From positions 180,916,001 through 180,980,000 of the forward strand of contig OZ024742.1 in the NCBI GenBank assembly GCA_964016885.1: a DNA stretch of 64,000 bases, given 5' to 3'. Shown here in pieces: positions 1 through 12,355 of the stretch; the stretch's first letter is position 1, and every line of letters starts with the position of its first letter. A program made the translations under genes and the position numbers. Below the pieces are notes generated by a model. It saw nothing but the letters and a program-made list of their open reading frames with translations. It was not told where the DNA came from and made no database searches. The stretch comes from Eledone cirrhosa. Taxonomy: Eukaryota.

Positions 1-720
1 AGAGTTCAACCAGCGCACTAACCTTCCTGTTTAATGGATTATCGATGTTTGCCTCCCAAGAGACAGTAAGCTTCACCACCTTCCTCTCCTTGCACCACAA
101 GATTGAGCTCAGGTCTTTTAGTAGTAAAATGAGGAAAGTGGTATTTGCTGTCCAGGTCAACTGAGACCTCCCAGATCCCCTCCCATATTCAGTCAGTCTC
201 CTTTCTTACAGTGACTGGCTTGCAGTGTTCCCCTTCTTTACAAAACTTCATCTTGCTTTTCTCCACTACTTTCTATCTCTGCATCTGCCCGTACTCTAAT
301 CAGCTGATTATGCTGCCATGTATATCTATTCTTCAGGCCCAAGGAAAACTAAACAGTATGGATTTCATTGTTCCAGCCTTCCCACATTTGAGCAGACCAC
401 TCTCTTCTACTTCCTAACGTTTTAGATGTGTGGGACTAGGAAGAATGTCATAGATAGAGCAAACCAGAAAACTAGTTCTGACTGGGTCCCATAACCACAA
501 TTTTTTCTATCTGATTTTCCACACACACAGTCCTTGATAACCACATTGCACAAAGACCACATACTGACTTCTCACTTCCTCCCTCTATAACTAGTCAACT
601 AGTGCAACCCTTCACTCTCTCTGATTCATAGTGTAATATGGTTTGAATTGAGAATTTCTAAGGTCCTTTCTATTGCTCTGTGTAGGACCTACTTTGTATC
701 TTAGAGAGGCCATGAAGTAT
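1..720 (-). mobile_element. Decayed 3' fragment of an RLE-type non-LTR retrotransposon, HERO-like
   Basis: Manual minus-strand translation across frameshifts gives WDPVRTSFLV-SIYDILPSPTHL, RYTWQHNQLIRV, WEVSVDL and RPEL/ILW..KLTVSWE. These match the HERO-type pattern YDVLPSP / RYxWRHNQVL / RPDxxLW..ELTVPWE. Confidence 0.65.
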
Positions 721-1592
721 TCCATTGCCTCCAATGCCATCCATTTTTTCCAGTCATGAGTCATAATAGGTAGAATTTCAATTTATCCTATTTCCCATAT
801 ATTACCTCTCAATTTTTTATGCTATACGTAATTAGAATTTCCATTTGTTACCTCTCAGTTTATTCTTTATATATAACTAGATTTGCTACATCTAACCTCC
901 CAGTTTAGTATATAATATATATTTAGAATTCTTCTTGATTCACTCTGTTATACATAACTGAATTCCGATATATTAATAGTTTTTACTGTCGTACTTAATT
1001 AGTACTTTCCATACCTTACTATTCCATAAGTCCACTTTAATTTAATTTAGCATAATATACATAATTATAATTTCCACACATTCTCATTGTTGCCCACCCC
1101 AATAACATTATCAATTTTATTTTTTCATCCTTATTTATTCCCTCCTTCATCTCCGCCTTCATTCTCCCTCCTTCCTTACCTCTCTCCATTCCCTCTCTTT
1201 CCCTCTATCTATCTATAGTTCCTGAAAACTTTAGCAATCTTAGTAATTGATGCAAGGGTAAATATTACGGGAAATGATTTAGTTCTTTCAGTCTGTTACT
1301 CAAGCATTTCGCTTCTGTCTCGGTTCATTTCACTTTACTTTTTTATTCTTTGTCCATTTTTTTAATTATTTTTATTTATTTATTTTTGTTTTGTTTTTAC
1401 TTTGGTCATTTTTATTCAGAATCTATATTTTAACCCTTATATATTTATATATTTTAATCCTTATATATATTTCTTTATATGTATTTCTTATATTTTTCAT
1501 ATAATTTTTATCTTTAATTTCTTATTTTTAATTATTTTATTCTCGCATTTGTTTCTTATCCTTTAAGTAATATTATTATTTATTATTTATCG

Positions 1593-1773
1593 ATTGGCAG
1601 TATCGGTAGAGGGTCGGACGCCATGCTTTGCAGCAAAGAGTTACGGCCCTTTATGGTCTGAGTTCAAATCCTGCCGAGGTTAACTTTGCCTTTCATCCTT
1701 ACAGGGTCGATAAAATAAAGTACCAGTGATGCACTGGGTGATTGCTGGCCTTGTGCCAAAGGTAGAAACAATT
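1593..1773 (+). mobile_element. tRNA-derived SINE, family A (~185 bp)
   Basis: A-box TGGCAGTATCGG, B-box GAGTTCAAATCC, body gcctttcatcc..gtcgataaaataaagtaccag and end gtagaaacaatta. More than 10 related copies in the window. Confidence 0.85.
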
Positions 1774-2360
1774 ATTTATCTTTTATTTACAGTCCATCTG
1801 TACAGTACTACCATGAATAGCATTATTATTGTTGTTGTTGGTGGTGGTGTCACCACTGCCGCCACTGTCACCACCGCTGGTGTTGCTGCTGGTGTTGCTG
1901 CTGTCATCAGAGCAATCCCCAACATCTTTATTGTTGGTGTTGTTGCATGTATTGGATGCACAGCTGCTCTTGCTGGTGTGGCAGCTGTGATGTCGTAATA
2001 CAAAGACCAGTGATAAATGGAAGATATCCAGACAGGACTGCTGGCTGAATCAGCATGTAAATGAGAAACTGAACAATACAGTGAACTGGAAGGAATAAAT
2101 TTGTCCACAATAACATTAAGGAACTTTTCTCATAGCCTACAAATTCCACCAATTAAAAGACATTTTGCATATCTGCAACTAGTCATTAATAAGAAATGAG
2201 ACTCACTATCACATATGTACATACTTGGATAACTATGCCTTATAATTGTATGAGCATCTGATGATATCACATGGGGGCTGTCAATGATATAACCCTATCT
2301 TAACATAGTTATATAAAAGTAATCCTGCCTTATCATAGTTTGCTTGAAGCCTTGTATTTA

Positions 2361-2583
2361 ATACATAATGTGGAAAGTGATATATGTAAGAAGGCTAAAC
2401 AATGCAAAATGGATGGTAAAATGAAGCCAATGAACAAGTTAGTTACCTGGTAATCTTTTTTTTTTTTGTTTCTTTCATTCTATAGGACAACAAAAGTACA
2501 AGTATTACCATATAACTAACTATTTTGTTGCCTTCATCTTACCATCCATTTTCTATTGTTTAGCCTTCTTACACTTTCCACAT

Positions 2584-2588
<5 letters not shown>
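2361..2588. repeat. Fold-back inverted repeat (~95 bp arms) beside (TA)n
   Basis: ataatgtggaaagtg..gtaagaaggctaaacaa..aaaatggatggtaa is mirrored by ttaccatccatttt..ttgtttagccttcttac..actttccacattat. Confidence 0.85.
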
Positions 2589-2619
<31 letters not shown>

Positions 2620-2624
2620 AGTAA

Positions 2625-3235
2625 TAGTAATATACGCGAACGGCAAAGCATAAACAAACTAAGGGAAAAATTAGAAATAAGAGGGATCAGATGTTGTTTA
2701 GTCGAGAGAAGGCTACGTTGATATGGTCATGTGATGCGCATGAAAGACGACAGCTGTATAAAAAAGTGCAGGGCAATAAAGATAGACGGTAGCCACGGAG
2801 TAGGCAGACCCAGAAAAACCTGGGACGACCTGATAAATTCCGACCTCACACCTCTCCAAGACAATGTCACTGGACCGAGATCTTTGGCGGTACTCAGTAA
2901 TAGAGAAGACCCGCCTTACCTGAAATACAAAGTAAAACCTACTACAGTCAGTAGGCATCTCTAACAAAACACACCCCCGTCCCCCCACACCCCACCCCAT
3001 CCACACCGCCCCTTTCAATGTAAAGTTATGTTGGTGCCACAGTATCCAGGTCGAAACAAATGAGATCGTGTAGGTGTCACGACAAAAAAAAAACACACAG
3101 TCCACGCTGTAATGTGGCCGTGTAGGCAACACGGTAAAAACCTCCCAGCCCCACGCTGTAAATGTGGTTGGTGTTAGGAAGGGCATCCAGCTGTAGAAAC
3201 CTAGCCAGAAACAGTTCTATATGAGCAAGACATGG
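2625..3235 (+). mobile_element. RTE LINE 3' fragment (same family as 24583-26623)
   Basis: Encodes GHVMRMKDDSCIKKCRAIKIDG..GRPRKTWDDLI, and its 3' UTR is nearly identical to 26240-26500. Confidence 0.9.
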
Positions 3236-3240
3236 TCACC

Positions 3241-3356
3241 TTTTATGTTTATTGCCTCTGTAATGTATCTAAACATTAGACATAGAAATAAAAATAGAAT
3301 CTACACACAGAAAAGTCGCAATGTTTAGACAAATTACAGAGGCAATAAACATAAAA
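3241..3356. repeat. Fold-back inverted repeat (~37 bp arms, AATAAA facing outward)
   Basis: ttttatgtttattgcctctgtaatgtatctaaacatt pairs with aatgtttagacaaattacagaggcaataaacataaaa. Confidence 0.85.
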
Positions 3357-3876
3357 GAATTACAACCAAAGTTAAATAGAAAATATGAGTGGAACAGCAA
3401 CATCACAACTTACAATTAAGGACAAAATGAAAACACACACACACATAGAACAAACAACCAACCAGTAACATGTAAATAAACAAATAAATAAATGAACATA
3501 AACACACACAGACACCCGGATATGGCGCATGCGCAGACTGAGCACACAGCACACACACAGAAACAAAATGGCGTAGGACAGAACAAAGGAGAGGCACAGA
3601 AACAAAGAAATGAATCCCCAGTCACTGAAGAGGTCACAGAGTGTGTGACGAAAGAACTAATACAATATATAAACAACTATCTGGTTGTGGAACCAACCAA
3701 CCAACCAGAAATTTATAAATTTATAAATTTATTATAAATTTATTATAATAAATTGAAGTGAAAGCAACTGGTGCGTGTGTTTCTTATTGGCAACATGACC
3801 CTCCCAAAGTATAACAATATCGGTTTCAACACACGATTTCAGATAAAGAATCTTGCTAAACAAATTCAGAAACGAA

Positions 3877-3877
<1 letters not shown>

Positions 3878-3966
<89 letters not shown>

Positions 3967-4026
3967 GTATATGTATATATGTATATATGTATATATGTAT
4001 ATATATATATATGTATATATATATAT

Positions 4027-4101
<75 letters not shown>
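3878..4101. repeat. (TA)n microsatellite
   Basis: Directly visible. Confidence 0.98.
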
Positions 4102-4104
<3 letters not shown>

Positions 4105-5058
4105 TATTCTATTCTAAGACGGGTAAAATTCCCGAGACCCATGGACGAGTTCTCTCCAGCGGTCTCTGTCCCTCATTATCGCTGCCATGTCCTGCGTCTC
4201 CAACAGACCAGTGTCTGTCCTTAGGGCATCAACATACGTTAACCTTGGTCTTCCTCTTCTAGTGTGTCCATGTAGGGGCTCCCAAAGGAGCACTGAGTGC
4301 AATGTCAACTCTAGATGTCGGTGAGCATGTCCAGCTAACCTCAATCTCCTCTGTGTCACTTTTGGGATGCTTCCATACAGCTCTGAGTTTTTTATCCTCA
4401 GTATATACTGATTAATGTTCAGAGCCATCCTCAGCATTCTCGTGTAGCACCCATCCACCCTCTGAGTGAGTTTCTTGGTCAGTGTCCAAGTCTCAGACCC
4501 ATACAGCAGCACAGACTCTACTACAGCAATGAAGAGGCGGATTTTCAGGTCTCTACGAAGGTCCGACTTCCACACCAATCTCAAGCTGTCGCACGCCGCC
4601 TTGCTCTTCCACTCAACCAGGCCTTGCTCTTCCACTCAACCACATCATCTTCCGCATTCCCAATCTTTGCTCCCAAATACAAGAAGCCCTCAACCAATTC
4701 TAGCGGCTTCCCGCCTACATTAGTGATCCCCCCTGGCTTCTCAACATTCTCTACCAGATATTTTGTTTTAGTCTCATTCATTCTCAGCCCCACACTCATC
4801 GACACAGTCTCAACCTCCCGCATCAAATCCTCTGCCTCCTTCACTGTATTTGTCACCAAAACTATGTCGTCAGCAAATTCAGCATCCGATACCTTTTTCA
4901 CCCTAACTCTCCTGCTCTGAGCCGGTGCCACAGTAAAGCCAGAGTCCTGGTGTTTCTCCAGTGCAAGGCGCATACAATAGTCCACTACGATGATAAAAAG
5001 GTAGGGAGCCAATGTATCTCCCTGGAGCACTCCAGCCAGTATCTCAAAGAACTCTGTA
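4102..5058 (-). mobile_element. 5'-truncated RTE-clade LINE (RT C-terminal half), inserted in (TA)n
   Basis: Encodes GVLQGDTLAPYLF, FADD, FLYLG, LLYGSETWTLT, RRLRLAGH and RGRPRLTY. It has a (GAATA)3 tail. A ~24 bp internal duplication (gccttgctcttccactcaacca, 4597 and 4621) lies at the break between the two ORF pieces. Confidence 0.92.
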
Positions 5059-5081
5059 TATATATATATATATATATATAT

Positions 5082-5258
5082 AAGGTTGTGAGTTCGATTC
5101 CTGGACCAGGCGATGCGTTATGTCCTTGAGCAAGACACTTTATTTCACGTTGCTCCTTCTACCTGGAGTTGCGACCGATAGATAGTATTAGCAATTGGAA
5201 AGACCAACGGAAACACTGTTCCCTCGGTCCGATTTGACGAAAGTCGATCGTTCCTTTA
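5082..5258 (+). mobile_element. Partial tRNA/CORE-like SINE
   Basis: B-box GAGTTCGATTCC followed by ccttgagcaagacactttatttcac. Related copies lie near 26775-26950, 28020-28245 and 54800-55004. Confidence 0.7.
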
Positions 5259-5262
5259 AAAA

Positions 5263-5264
5263 TG

Positions 5265-5299
<35 letters not shown>

Positions 5300-5328
5300 G
5301 TATATATATATATGTATATATATATATG

Positions 5329-5359
<31 letters not shown>

Positions 5360-5374
5360 GTATATATATATATG

Positions 5375-5405
<31 letters not shown>

Positions 5406-5420
5406 GTATATATATATATG

Positions 5421-5465
<45 letters not shown>

Positions 5466-5466
5466 G

Positions 5467-5556
<90 letters not shown>
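5263..5556. repeat. (TA)n/(TATG) microsatellite
   Basis: Directly visible. Confidence 0.98.
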
Positions 5557-5559
<3 letters not shown>

Positions 5560-6110
5560 GGAATAGAATGAAACAAAATTTCATTTCTCACTCTTAGTAC
5601 GGCAGTTATTTAAATGTAAGTATGTATGTAGGTATACGTACATACATATATGTATACAGACGTACAGTAGTATGTATATATATACATACATGCACACATA
5701 TATATATGCATGTATCGGTTTACCAAACATTTATTATAACGCTCGGTTTGTTTGTAAACAAACAAACAGCCCGAATTTTGCTGTACAGTGTTTAGGCAAC
5801 CACGTCACCTTTTTGTTGTTCAACACTGACACAGGAACGATGTACTAGTTTCAAGCTTATTAGCTATCGTCAGCATTGTATACTTTCCTGCCAGATGGTT
5901 GAACGTCTGAAAGTATATACTTTCCTTATGCATATTAACGGCTGAGCAGCCTAATTTGCATATCAAGTGAGTTTAGTCGACTGGGTGCACCGAAAACGAT
6001 AAATGGAATAGAATGAAACAAAATTTCATTTCTCACTCTTAGTACGGCACTTACTTAAATGTAAGTATGTATGTATACGTACATACATATATGTATACAT
6101 ATATGTATGT
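5556..6110 (-). mobile_element. Terminally redundant ~444 bp unit carrying a hammerhead ribozyme (retrozyme- or pLTR-like)
   Basis: taaatggaatagaatgaaacaaaatttcatttctcactcttagtacggca.. occurs at 5556 and 6000. There is an internal HHR and a minus-strand AATAAA near 5730, and the unit abuts (TA)n. Confidence 0.7.
5837..5879 (-). ncRNA. Minimal type I hammerhead ribozyme
   Basis: Minus strand reads acaatg-CTGACGA-t-agct-aata-agct-t-GAAA-ctag-TA-catcgt. The core is intact, helix III is palindromic (ACTAGT) and the cleavage triplet is GUA. Confidence 0.85.
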
Positions 6111-6111
6111 A

Positions 6112-6342
6112 TGGGGTCCCTATCATTCCACTGCAAAGTGGTCATGGAGGTGCCACAGCAAAAAAGCACCCGGCCTACACTGTAAAGTGCACGTGTAGGC
6201 ACCACAGAAAAAAAAGCCACCAACACTCACTGTAAATGAGGTTGGTGTTAGGAAGGGCATACAGCTGTAGAAATCAAGCCAGAATCAGTTCCCGTCCCAC
6301 CCTGGCAAGCAGGGAAAAGCGGACGTAAAAGGAAATGATGAT
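6112..6342 (+). mobile_element. SINE family B, 3' half
   Basis: Matches 56859-57040 (ggggtccctatcattcc..ggaagggcat..cggacgtaaaa). Confidence 0.8.
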
Positions 6343-6364
6343 ATATGTATATAAATAAGTGTGT

Positions 6365-6668
6365 CTTTTAGTCTTATGTTCTTCTGTGCCTTTCAGTTGA
6401 TCGAGCAGTATGTAGTCGCCAACAATCATGATCAGCGCAAGCTTTTTAGAGTCCATGCCCAGTGATGTTGGCTGCCACGAGGTCTTTTTTGGAATGTCTA
6501 TCACCAGGTGATCCTGGGGTAACGCTGCTTCTGTTTGCTACCAAGTGGAGTCCAGTTCATTGTTATTTTCAAGTGATGTTCATTGAGCAGATGCAGAATA
6601 TGGTCAGCCAGGCAGCACCAGCGCTCGATGACCACCCCCTGCAGCATCCACGACTTGGCTATCTGCAG
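6365..6668 (-). mobile_element. Decayed RTE LINE 3' end (different family)
   Basis: Encodes [36 protein letters not shown], resembling the RTE C-terminal WxGH..WTP.G.RxRGRP..TW. Confidence 0.65.
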
Positions 6669-6684
6669 GATATATATGTTGTGT

Positions 6685-6773
<89 letters not shown>

Positions 6774-6890
6774 CATACATATATGTATATATATATATAT
6801 ATACACATATACATCCACATATACACAGATATATACGCATACACACACACTAACACACATATATATATATATATTTATAGTGTATATTAC

Positions 6891-7258
6891 TGTAGCGGTT
6901 GTCTCCCTTGTTTTGATTGGGATCTAGACGGGAGGTGGAACCCTTTCTGTAACTTCCGGTCAGAGCCTTATAAAACTAACAACTTTAAGCTTTCTAACTC
7001 TCTTTGCCTTTTCGGCACCAGGTCAAGAGCCTCTCATTGGGCTCTGCCATTTTTTGGCCAACAGGCGCCTGGCCTTAGCCAGGCGTCCTCTGCCAGCCGC
7101 GTTTGCCTGGCAATCAAAACGGTAACTACTAACTTTGTTTCATTCTAACATCTATCTTTGACATGTCAAGTATACTATCTACCATTGTTAATTAAATATT
7201 ATACACACAAACCATGTCTCGTTTTGTTACATTCATACAACCTAGTACTCTCGCTATA
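6891..7258 (+). mobile_element. Solo LTR, probably Gypsy-type (368 bp)
   Basis: Termini TGTAGCG...CGCTATA (CA changed to TA), near-identical 4 bp flanks ttac/ttat, TATAAAA near 6968 and ATTAAA near 7191. Confidence 0.6.
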
Positions 7259-7262
7259 TTAT

Positions 7263-7645
7263 CTATATTACTATTACACATCCATCGAAGCATGCAGGCT
7301 TTATTTATTTCTAATCTATGCAAGTCTTCTAGAGACAGCGCCGAGGTCTCACTACCATGTAACATTGCTGTTCGTATACACGCATCATACAGTCTGCCCC
7401 TCATTTTGAGAGAAAAGCCTCTTGAAGCTAGCAGTGGCAGTAGCTCCCTGAACTTCTTCCATCCCATTCTTATCCTAGTTATTGTACTTTCCTAACACCC
7501 ACCTCCGCTGCTAATTCGGTCACCTAGGCAGCAGAAGTTGCCTACTGTTTCTACAGACCCCTCCCAGAGTTTGGTGGTACTTGTTTCCTATGGCTGTTTG
7601 CTGCTTGCTGTCCCAGCACACCTGCTACATGTGAAGCCTACATTG
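7263..7645 (-). mobile_element. RTE LINE internal fragment
   Basis: Encodes GWKKFRELLPLL..GRLYDACIRTAMLHGSET and is highly similar to 28840-29210. Confidence 0.9.
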
Positions 7646-7650
7646 TTAAA

Positions 7651-7730
7651 GTCAACAATTTAGAATTTACTTTATTTATTCATAAATAAATAAATGAAGT
7701 AAATTCTAGTCTGTTGACATGTACTTCATG

Positions 7731-7796
<66 letters not shown>

Positions 7797-7805
7797 CATG
7801 AAGTA
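7651..7805. repeat. Short palindrome (7651-7718) plus a 14 bp inverted repeat enclosing (TA)n
   Basis: gtcaaca..tagaatttactt pairs with aagtaaattcta..tgttgac. tacttcatgcttta-(TA)n-taaagcatgaagta follows. Confidence 0.85.
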
Positions 7806-7860
7806 TTTCCACAGAAAAGGTAAAGGAAAGAAGAGTGCTCTATGTTTGGTACAGAGCTAT

Positions 7861-8043
7861 TTAATTATGTAATAAACAACACAATATAATTATTCCATTA
7901 CCCAAGGTTTCACGAAGGCAGGTGACCTCAACAGAGGCATCTTCTGATGAATGACTTCAGACGCCTCTGTTGAGGTCGCCTGCCTTCGTGAAACCTTAAT
8001 TAATGGAATAATGGAATTGTGTTGTTTATTATTATTGTGTTAT

Positions 8044-8050
<7 letters not shown>
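7861..8050. repeat. Fold-back element containing the 3' half of an HHR
   Basis: Arms aaggtttcacgaaggcaggtgacctcaacagaggc and gcctctgttgaggtcgcctgccttcgtgaaacctt. The left arm on the minus strand reads GAAA-ccttggg-TA. Confidence 0.8.
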
Positions 8051-8126
<76 letters not shown>

Positions 8127-9219
8127 ATATAATATATAATATTACAAGGGTGATTTGTTAAACCTTTATTACGTTTATTGATTGGGGCGTTTTGCTATTG
8201 ATCAGCTCCAGGTTCAATCTGTATCGATCTGAATCAAAACATTGTTGGACCTTGACAGAATTAATATACATGGCATATAAATGTCTGAGGTTTCGCGTTC
8301 ATATGTTGGTCAATTTATATTGCTTTGATTGGTGGTTTAGTTATGAAGAATGTTTTGGCATGTATGATAGATGGGGAGGAGGCGAGCATAGTGTTGAGGT
8401 AGTGGTGGGTTGGCGATGGCTGATGTGAGTTGTGGCTTGGGGTGTGGTGCTTTGGCTTGCCATAGACATGTCGGCGTGTACATGTTGAGGCGGAGGTGTT
8501 GTGTGTGGTGTGGGTGTGGTAGGGCTGTGCTTGATAACATTGAAAGAATGTATTTAGCATATATATATATATAAAACTGAAGTTGTCTGTGTGTGTGTGT
8601 GTCCTAATTTTGACAAAGTCTATACAAATCCACATTTCTACTCTGATTGACTTCAAACTTGCATTTATATATTCCTTGCGGCCTAAAGATATTAACTGCA
8701 GCTTTTATATTTCAATTTTCTGTTGTTAAAGGCGTTTTTTTCACTAAAACTTTAAGCCCTTTTTGTCAGTTAGTTCTGCAATTTTGTCTACAATGTTCAA
8801 GATAGACAACTCTTTAGTATTTTGAAAGTGTTACCTCTCTTTATAGACTATATTATCCCTACTTAAACGTACATCCCTTGAAATTGTTGATGGTGACCCC
8901 ACTAGTAACTCTGAAGCATTTGGCATCCAATATAACAGTTCGGTGTATATCAGATTGGGTAGATGTTTGTAACCTTAAATATATCCAACTAAATTCCTTC
9001 ATGCACTCCACCACTGCAGTCCCACATGCTTACTGCTCTGTAACTATTGCTTCCATTGTACCATAGCAGTGGTCGCCAACCTTTCTAAAACCGAGGAACC
9101 CTCTAAATATTTTGAATTCTTCACGGAACCTATACAATACAAAACTTTTCAAAAAAAAATAATAAAGTATTTATTTATTTTAGTGTTTCATGCGTGTGTA
9201 TGTAATCGAACACAATTAA

Positions 9220-10638
9220 CTAGTGGCTTTTCTGCTGCTGCGACTCATCAGTGAGTTTAGAAAATCGAGGTTCAACACTAGTTAATGCCAGTCTCATACA
9301 CTCGTCAATTGCTGACAGTTTATTCATCTTCTTTGTGCAGATTTCTACCAACTGCGAAAACCCTTCGCACAAGTAGCTAGATGGGAATAAAGTCAAATAC
9401 TTCAATGCAAGTTGGCTGATTTCATTAAACTACCCAATCAAGAATAAGCCATAGTTCTTTCTTTCGACTTTCGAATATCACTTTCAGGTCTTCGTTTGAA
9501 TTCAAATCCATCAACTGATGTAAGCATTGTGCAGGTAGTAAATTTTTACAATTTCCAGCGTCATTTTCTGACACTCACTGCTCGATCTCGATGAACGGGT
9601 TTTTATCCATAAATTTCCGCTAACAATATCTTTTTCCATCAAGTCAAAATAATCTGAAAAACTTGTGGAAAGCACATTTAAATGAGAAAGAATAATCTTC
9701 TTTAGATTTAATATTTGAGCATCTCTGTCTTTGAATTTTTTTTTAACACAAAACCTCGCAATGAATCATACAATGATTTGAAATACAATTTGGGTCTGTT
9801 CTTTAATTTTTGCAATCAAACCAGAATGTTTACCAGTCATTGCAGCTGCTCCATCTGTTGTTATTGAAGTCAACTTGCCCTAAGATACACCATTTTAAAA
9901 AAAATACTCTTCAATTTTATTGAATATATCTTGACCTTTAGTTGTGATGTCTAATACCAGACAAAACAAATACTCTTCTACTAATTCTTTTTTATCAAGG
10001 TCTACAAACCGTACATAGCAAATTAATTGAGCCTTGTTATTAATATCCGTAGTTTCGTCCACTTGCAGACCAAAACATGTGCTTTTCTTTAGTGCAGTTA
10101 GTATCTGATTTTCTATATCAGAAGAAATATCAATTATCCTTCTTTTTACGGTATTTGCTGACAATGGTAACCGGCTTAATTTTTCTTTGTCCTTAATACT
10201 GCAGCTTTCAAAAAGATTCTCTGTAGCAATTTTTATACTTGGCAGAATTAACTGTTCTCCTAATGTAAATGGTTTCTTGTTTTTACCAATCAAATGTGAA
10301 ATTTCAAAAGATGTTCTAGTTAAAGCTTTATTTCTATCTGACTTTTTACAAAACAAGTCATACATATTAGCTTGTGATTTTTTGATGTTGTTTTTCAGCG
10401 AAGTAAAGTATTCCAGTGACTTGCTTTTATCATTGGTGTGATTAGTATCAAGGTGTCTTTTAAGTTTTGCAGGATTTAAACAGCTATTTGATAGAGCTTT
10501 TGAACATAGCAAACACATGGGCTGATCTGGTGTATCTTTTTTAGTGTCAGCTTTTTGAAATCCATATCTAACATAATCATCACACCACTGTCTAACCTTA
10601 CTGTTGGTATCTAACTTCAGCTTCTTTGCAGTAGACAT
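9220..10638 (-). pseudogene. Disrupted Buster/ZBED5-like hAT transposase
   Basis: BED finger CLLC..LKRHLDTNH, KPFTLGEQLILP, LSANTVKRRI, QVDETTD, TTDGAAAMTG and C-terminal SSYLCE.FS. It contains stops, frameshifts and a deletion. Confidence 0.92.
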
Positions 10639-10863
10639 CTTATCAAGGTTATTTATCTACAGTTAACATTTTTAATATGACATTAATAAACAAGAGAAAT
10701 TAAGTTTTTTTTATTACAAAAAGTACTTAAATTAACTTTAATTTTAGATATTTGGAAAAACTTAACTAGTTAAAAAAAAATTTTAATTTTTAAAAATTGA
10801 AATTTCTCCATTTTAGGATGGCAAACATATTATTTAAAGTCTTATAATAATATTAAAATATTA

Positions 10864-11986
10864 GGGGTTACTGAAAAAGGTGCAAATTTATAAACAACTA
10901 GAAGAAATCTTTTTCAGAGTCCAGCACTTCCTGCATATACTACTTTAGGGTCGTATTAAATATTATTGGTAATGTAAATATATTTAAATATCCGCCAAAA
11001 GGTGCAAAAAATGCAAATCAGCTGATAGTGTAGAAGATGTGACGATGGTAGTGGAAATTAATTCAGATATCTTCTATCTATTTTGACTCAAAGTTAGATA
11101 TAATTGTTTCTACTTTAGGCACAAGGCCAGCAATTACCCAGTGCATTACTGGTACTTTATTTTATCGACCCCGTAAGGATGAAAAGCAAAGTCAACCTTC
11201 AAAGTTAGATATAATATAAGAAGGCTTTAGGCTGCGTTAAACATATATTAGATTGGAACAAATAAAGTTTAGTCAAATGTTTGTGGACATATATATTTAT
11301 TGTATAAAGTAATTTCTCAATTGTGAATGCAGATGTCATCAAATGAATACATAATTGTGTGGCAAAGTTTATAGTGTATGCATGGAATACAAAATTACCT
11401 TTGTTAGTAGTCGAAACTTTACAGGCGTTATATTTTCTGTGCAAAGTACAACAGAATGTAACGTGTTCTTATTTAGAATTGTCTGTAGAACTGGATACAT
11501 GTTGAAAACGACTAGTAAGCGAGTTCACTCTGTGAGGAAACTTTGGGCGACTTTAAAGCTTTTGTGAGGACAGCAGATTAAAATGTGTTCTCTATTGAAA
11601 ACATTCTACTGAACTTACGTTGTGAGAACAGCGAACTGACCCTGTCTCTCGGCTGAGAGACCTCGCTGAACTGAAGTTTTCAGTTTAAAGTTATGCTGTT
11701 ATCGACCAACATTTACTTGTTCGTGATTGGTCAATTTCTAAGTTTAATTAGTGTATTATCTGTAGTAGTCTCAGAATTCAGAAAACTATGTCTTTCCAAG
11801 AATTGATGTGAAATTGAAAGTATTCAATTTTCACGAATCTCAGAACAGTGTTTGCTAATTCAAATGAGAAACTGAAAGTAGTGTTTTCCACGAATTAGAG
11901 TGGAGAACCTGTGTACACTACAATAGTACTCGTTCATTTATACATTGCACCTTTGGCATTTTCTTTGCACCTTTTTCAGAAAACCC
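10864..11986. mobile_element. Mutator-like non-autonomous element nested in the hAT
   Basis: 23 bp TIRs GGG(G/T)TT(A/T)CTGAAAAAGGTGCAAA (21/23 identical) and a 9 bp TSD AAAATATTA (10855-10863 and 11987-11995). Confidence 0.7.
11105..11198 (-). mobile_element. 5'-truncated SINE A with a 17 bp TSD
   Basis: SINE A 3' half flanked by tcaaagttagatataat at 11088-11104 and 11199-11215. Confidence 0.85.
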
Positions 11987-12355
11987 AAAATATTAATGGT
12001 AATGTAAATATTTATTTTTTTAAGGAACCCGGAGTTTGTTTTACGGAACCCCAAGGTTCCGCGAAACCCATGTTGGCGACCACTGTACCATAGCACAACA
12101 AATACATGTTCGGTGTGTCGAATGCCTTTTTACTTAACCCTATCATCTTGGCTTTCGTGGGTTGAACATTTTACTCTCAGGCACCCAATTAAGTTAGACC
12201 CCTGGTAATCTACGACAAATTTTTGTTATAAGCACAAAATGTAGACACCATCCCCAGGCCAAGATATTTCGTACTTCTCTGTACTGTTTCAGAAAGGAGG
12301 GATAAACATGCCAATCTATGTTTAGAAGCCCGAACAACGCCGGGCCATTCTGCTA

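Larger units (their letters stand above)
9067..12085 (-). mobile_element. hAT (Buster/Charlie-type) DNA transposon, internally deleted
   Basis: Perfect 14 bp TIRs CAGTGGTCGCCAAC and a perfect 8 bp TSD TACCATAG (9059-9066 and 12086-12093). Confidence 0.95.

Noticed and set aside
2258-2295. CTGATGA followed by a tatca/tgata stem
   Set aside because: No GAAA follows the stem.
3625-3660. CTGAAGA-ggtcaca..tgtgac-GAAA hammerhead-like core
   Set aside because: Helix II is good but I cannot find a helix I partner, so at most a decayed copy.
8268-8325. Minus-strand HHR-like arrangement (tataaat..GAAAcctcag..atttata)
   Set aside because: The core reads TTGACCA and the cleavage triplet is lost, so it is too degenerate to call.
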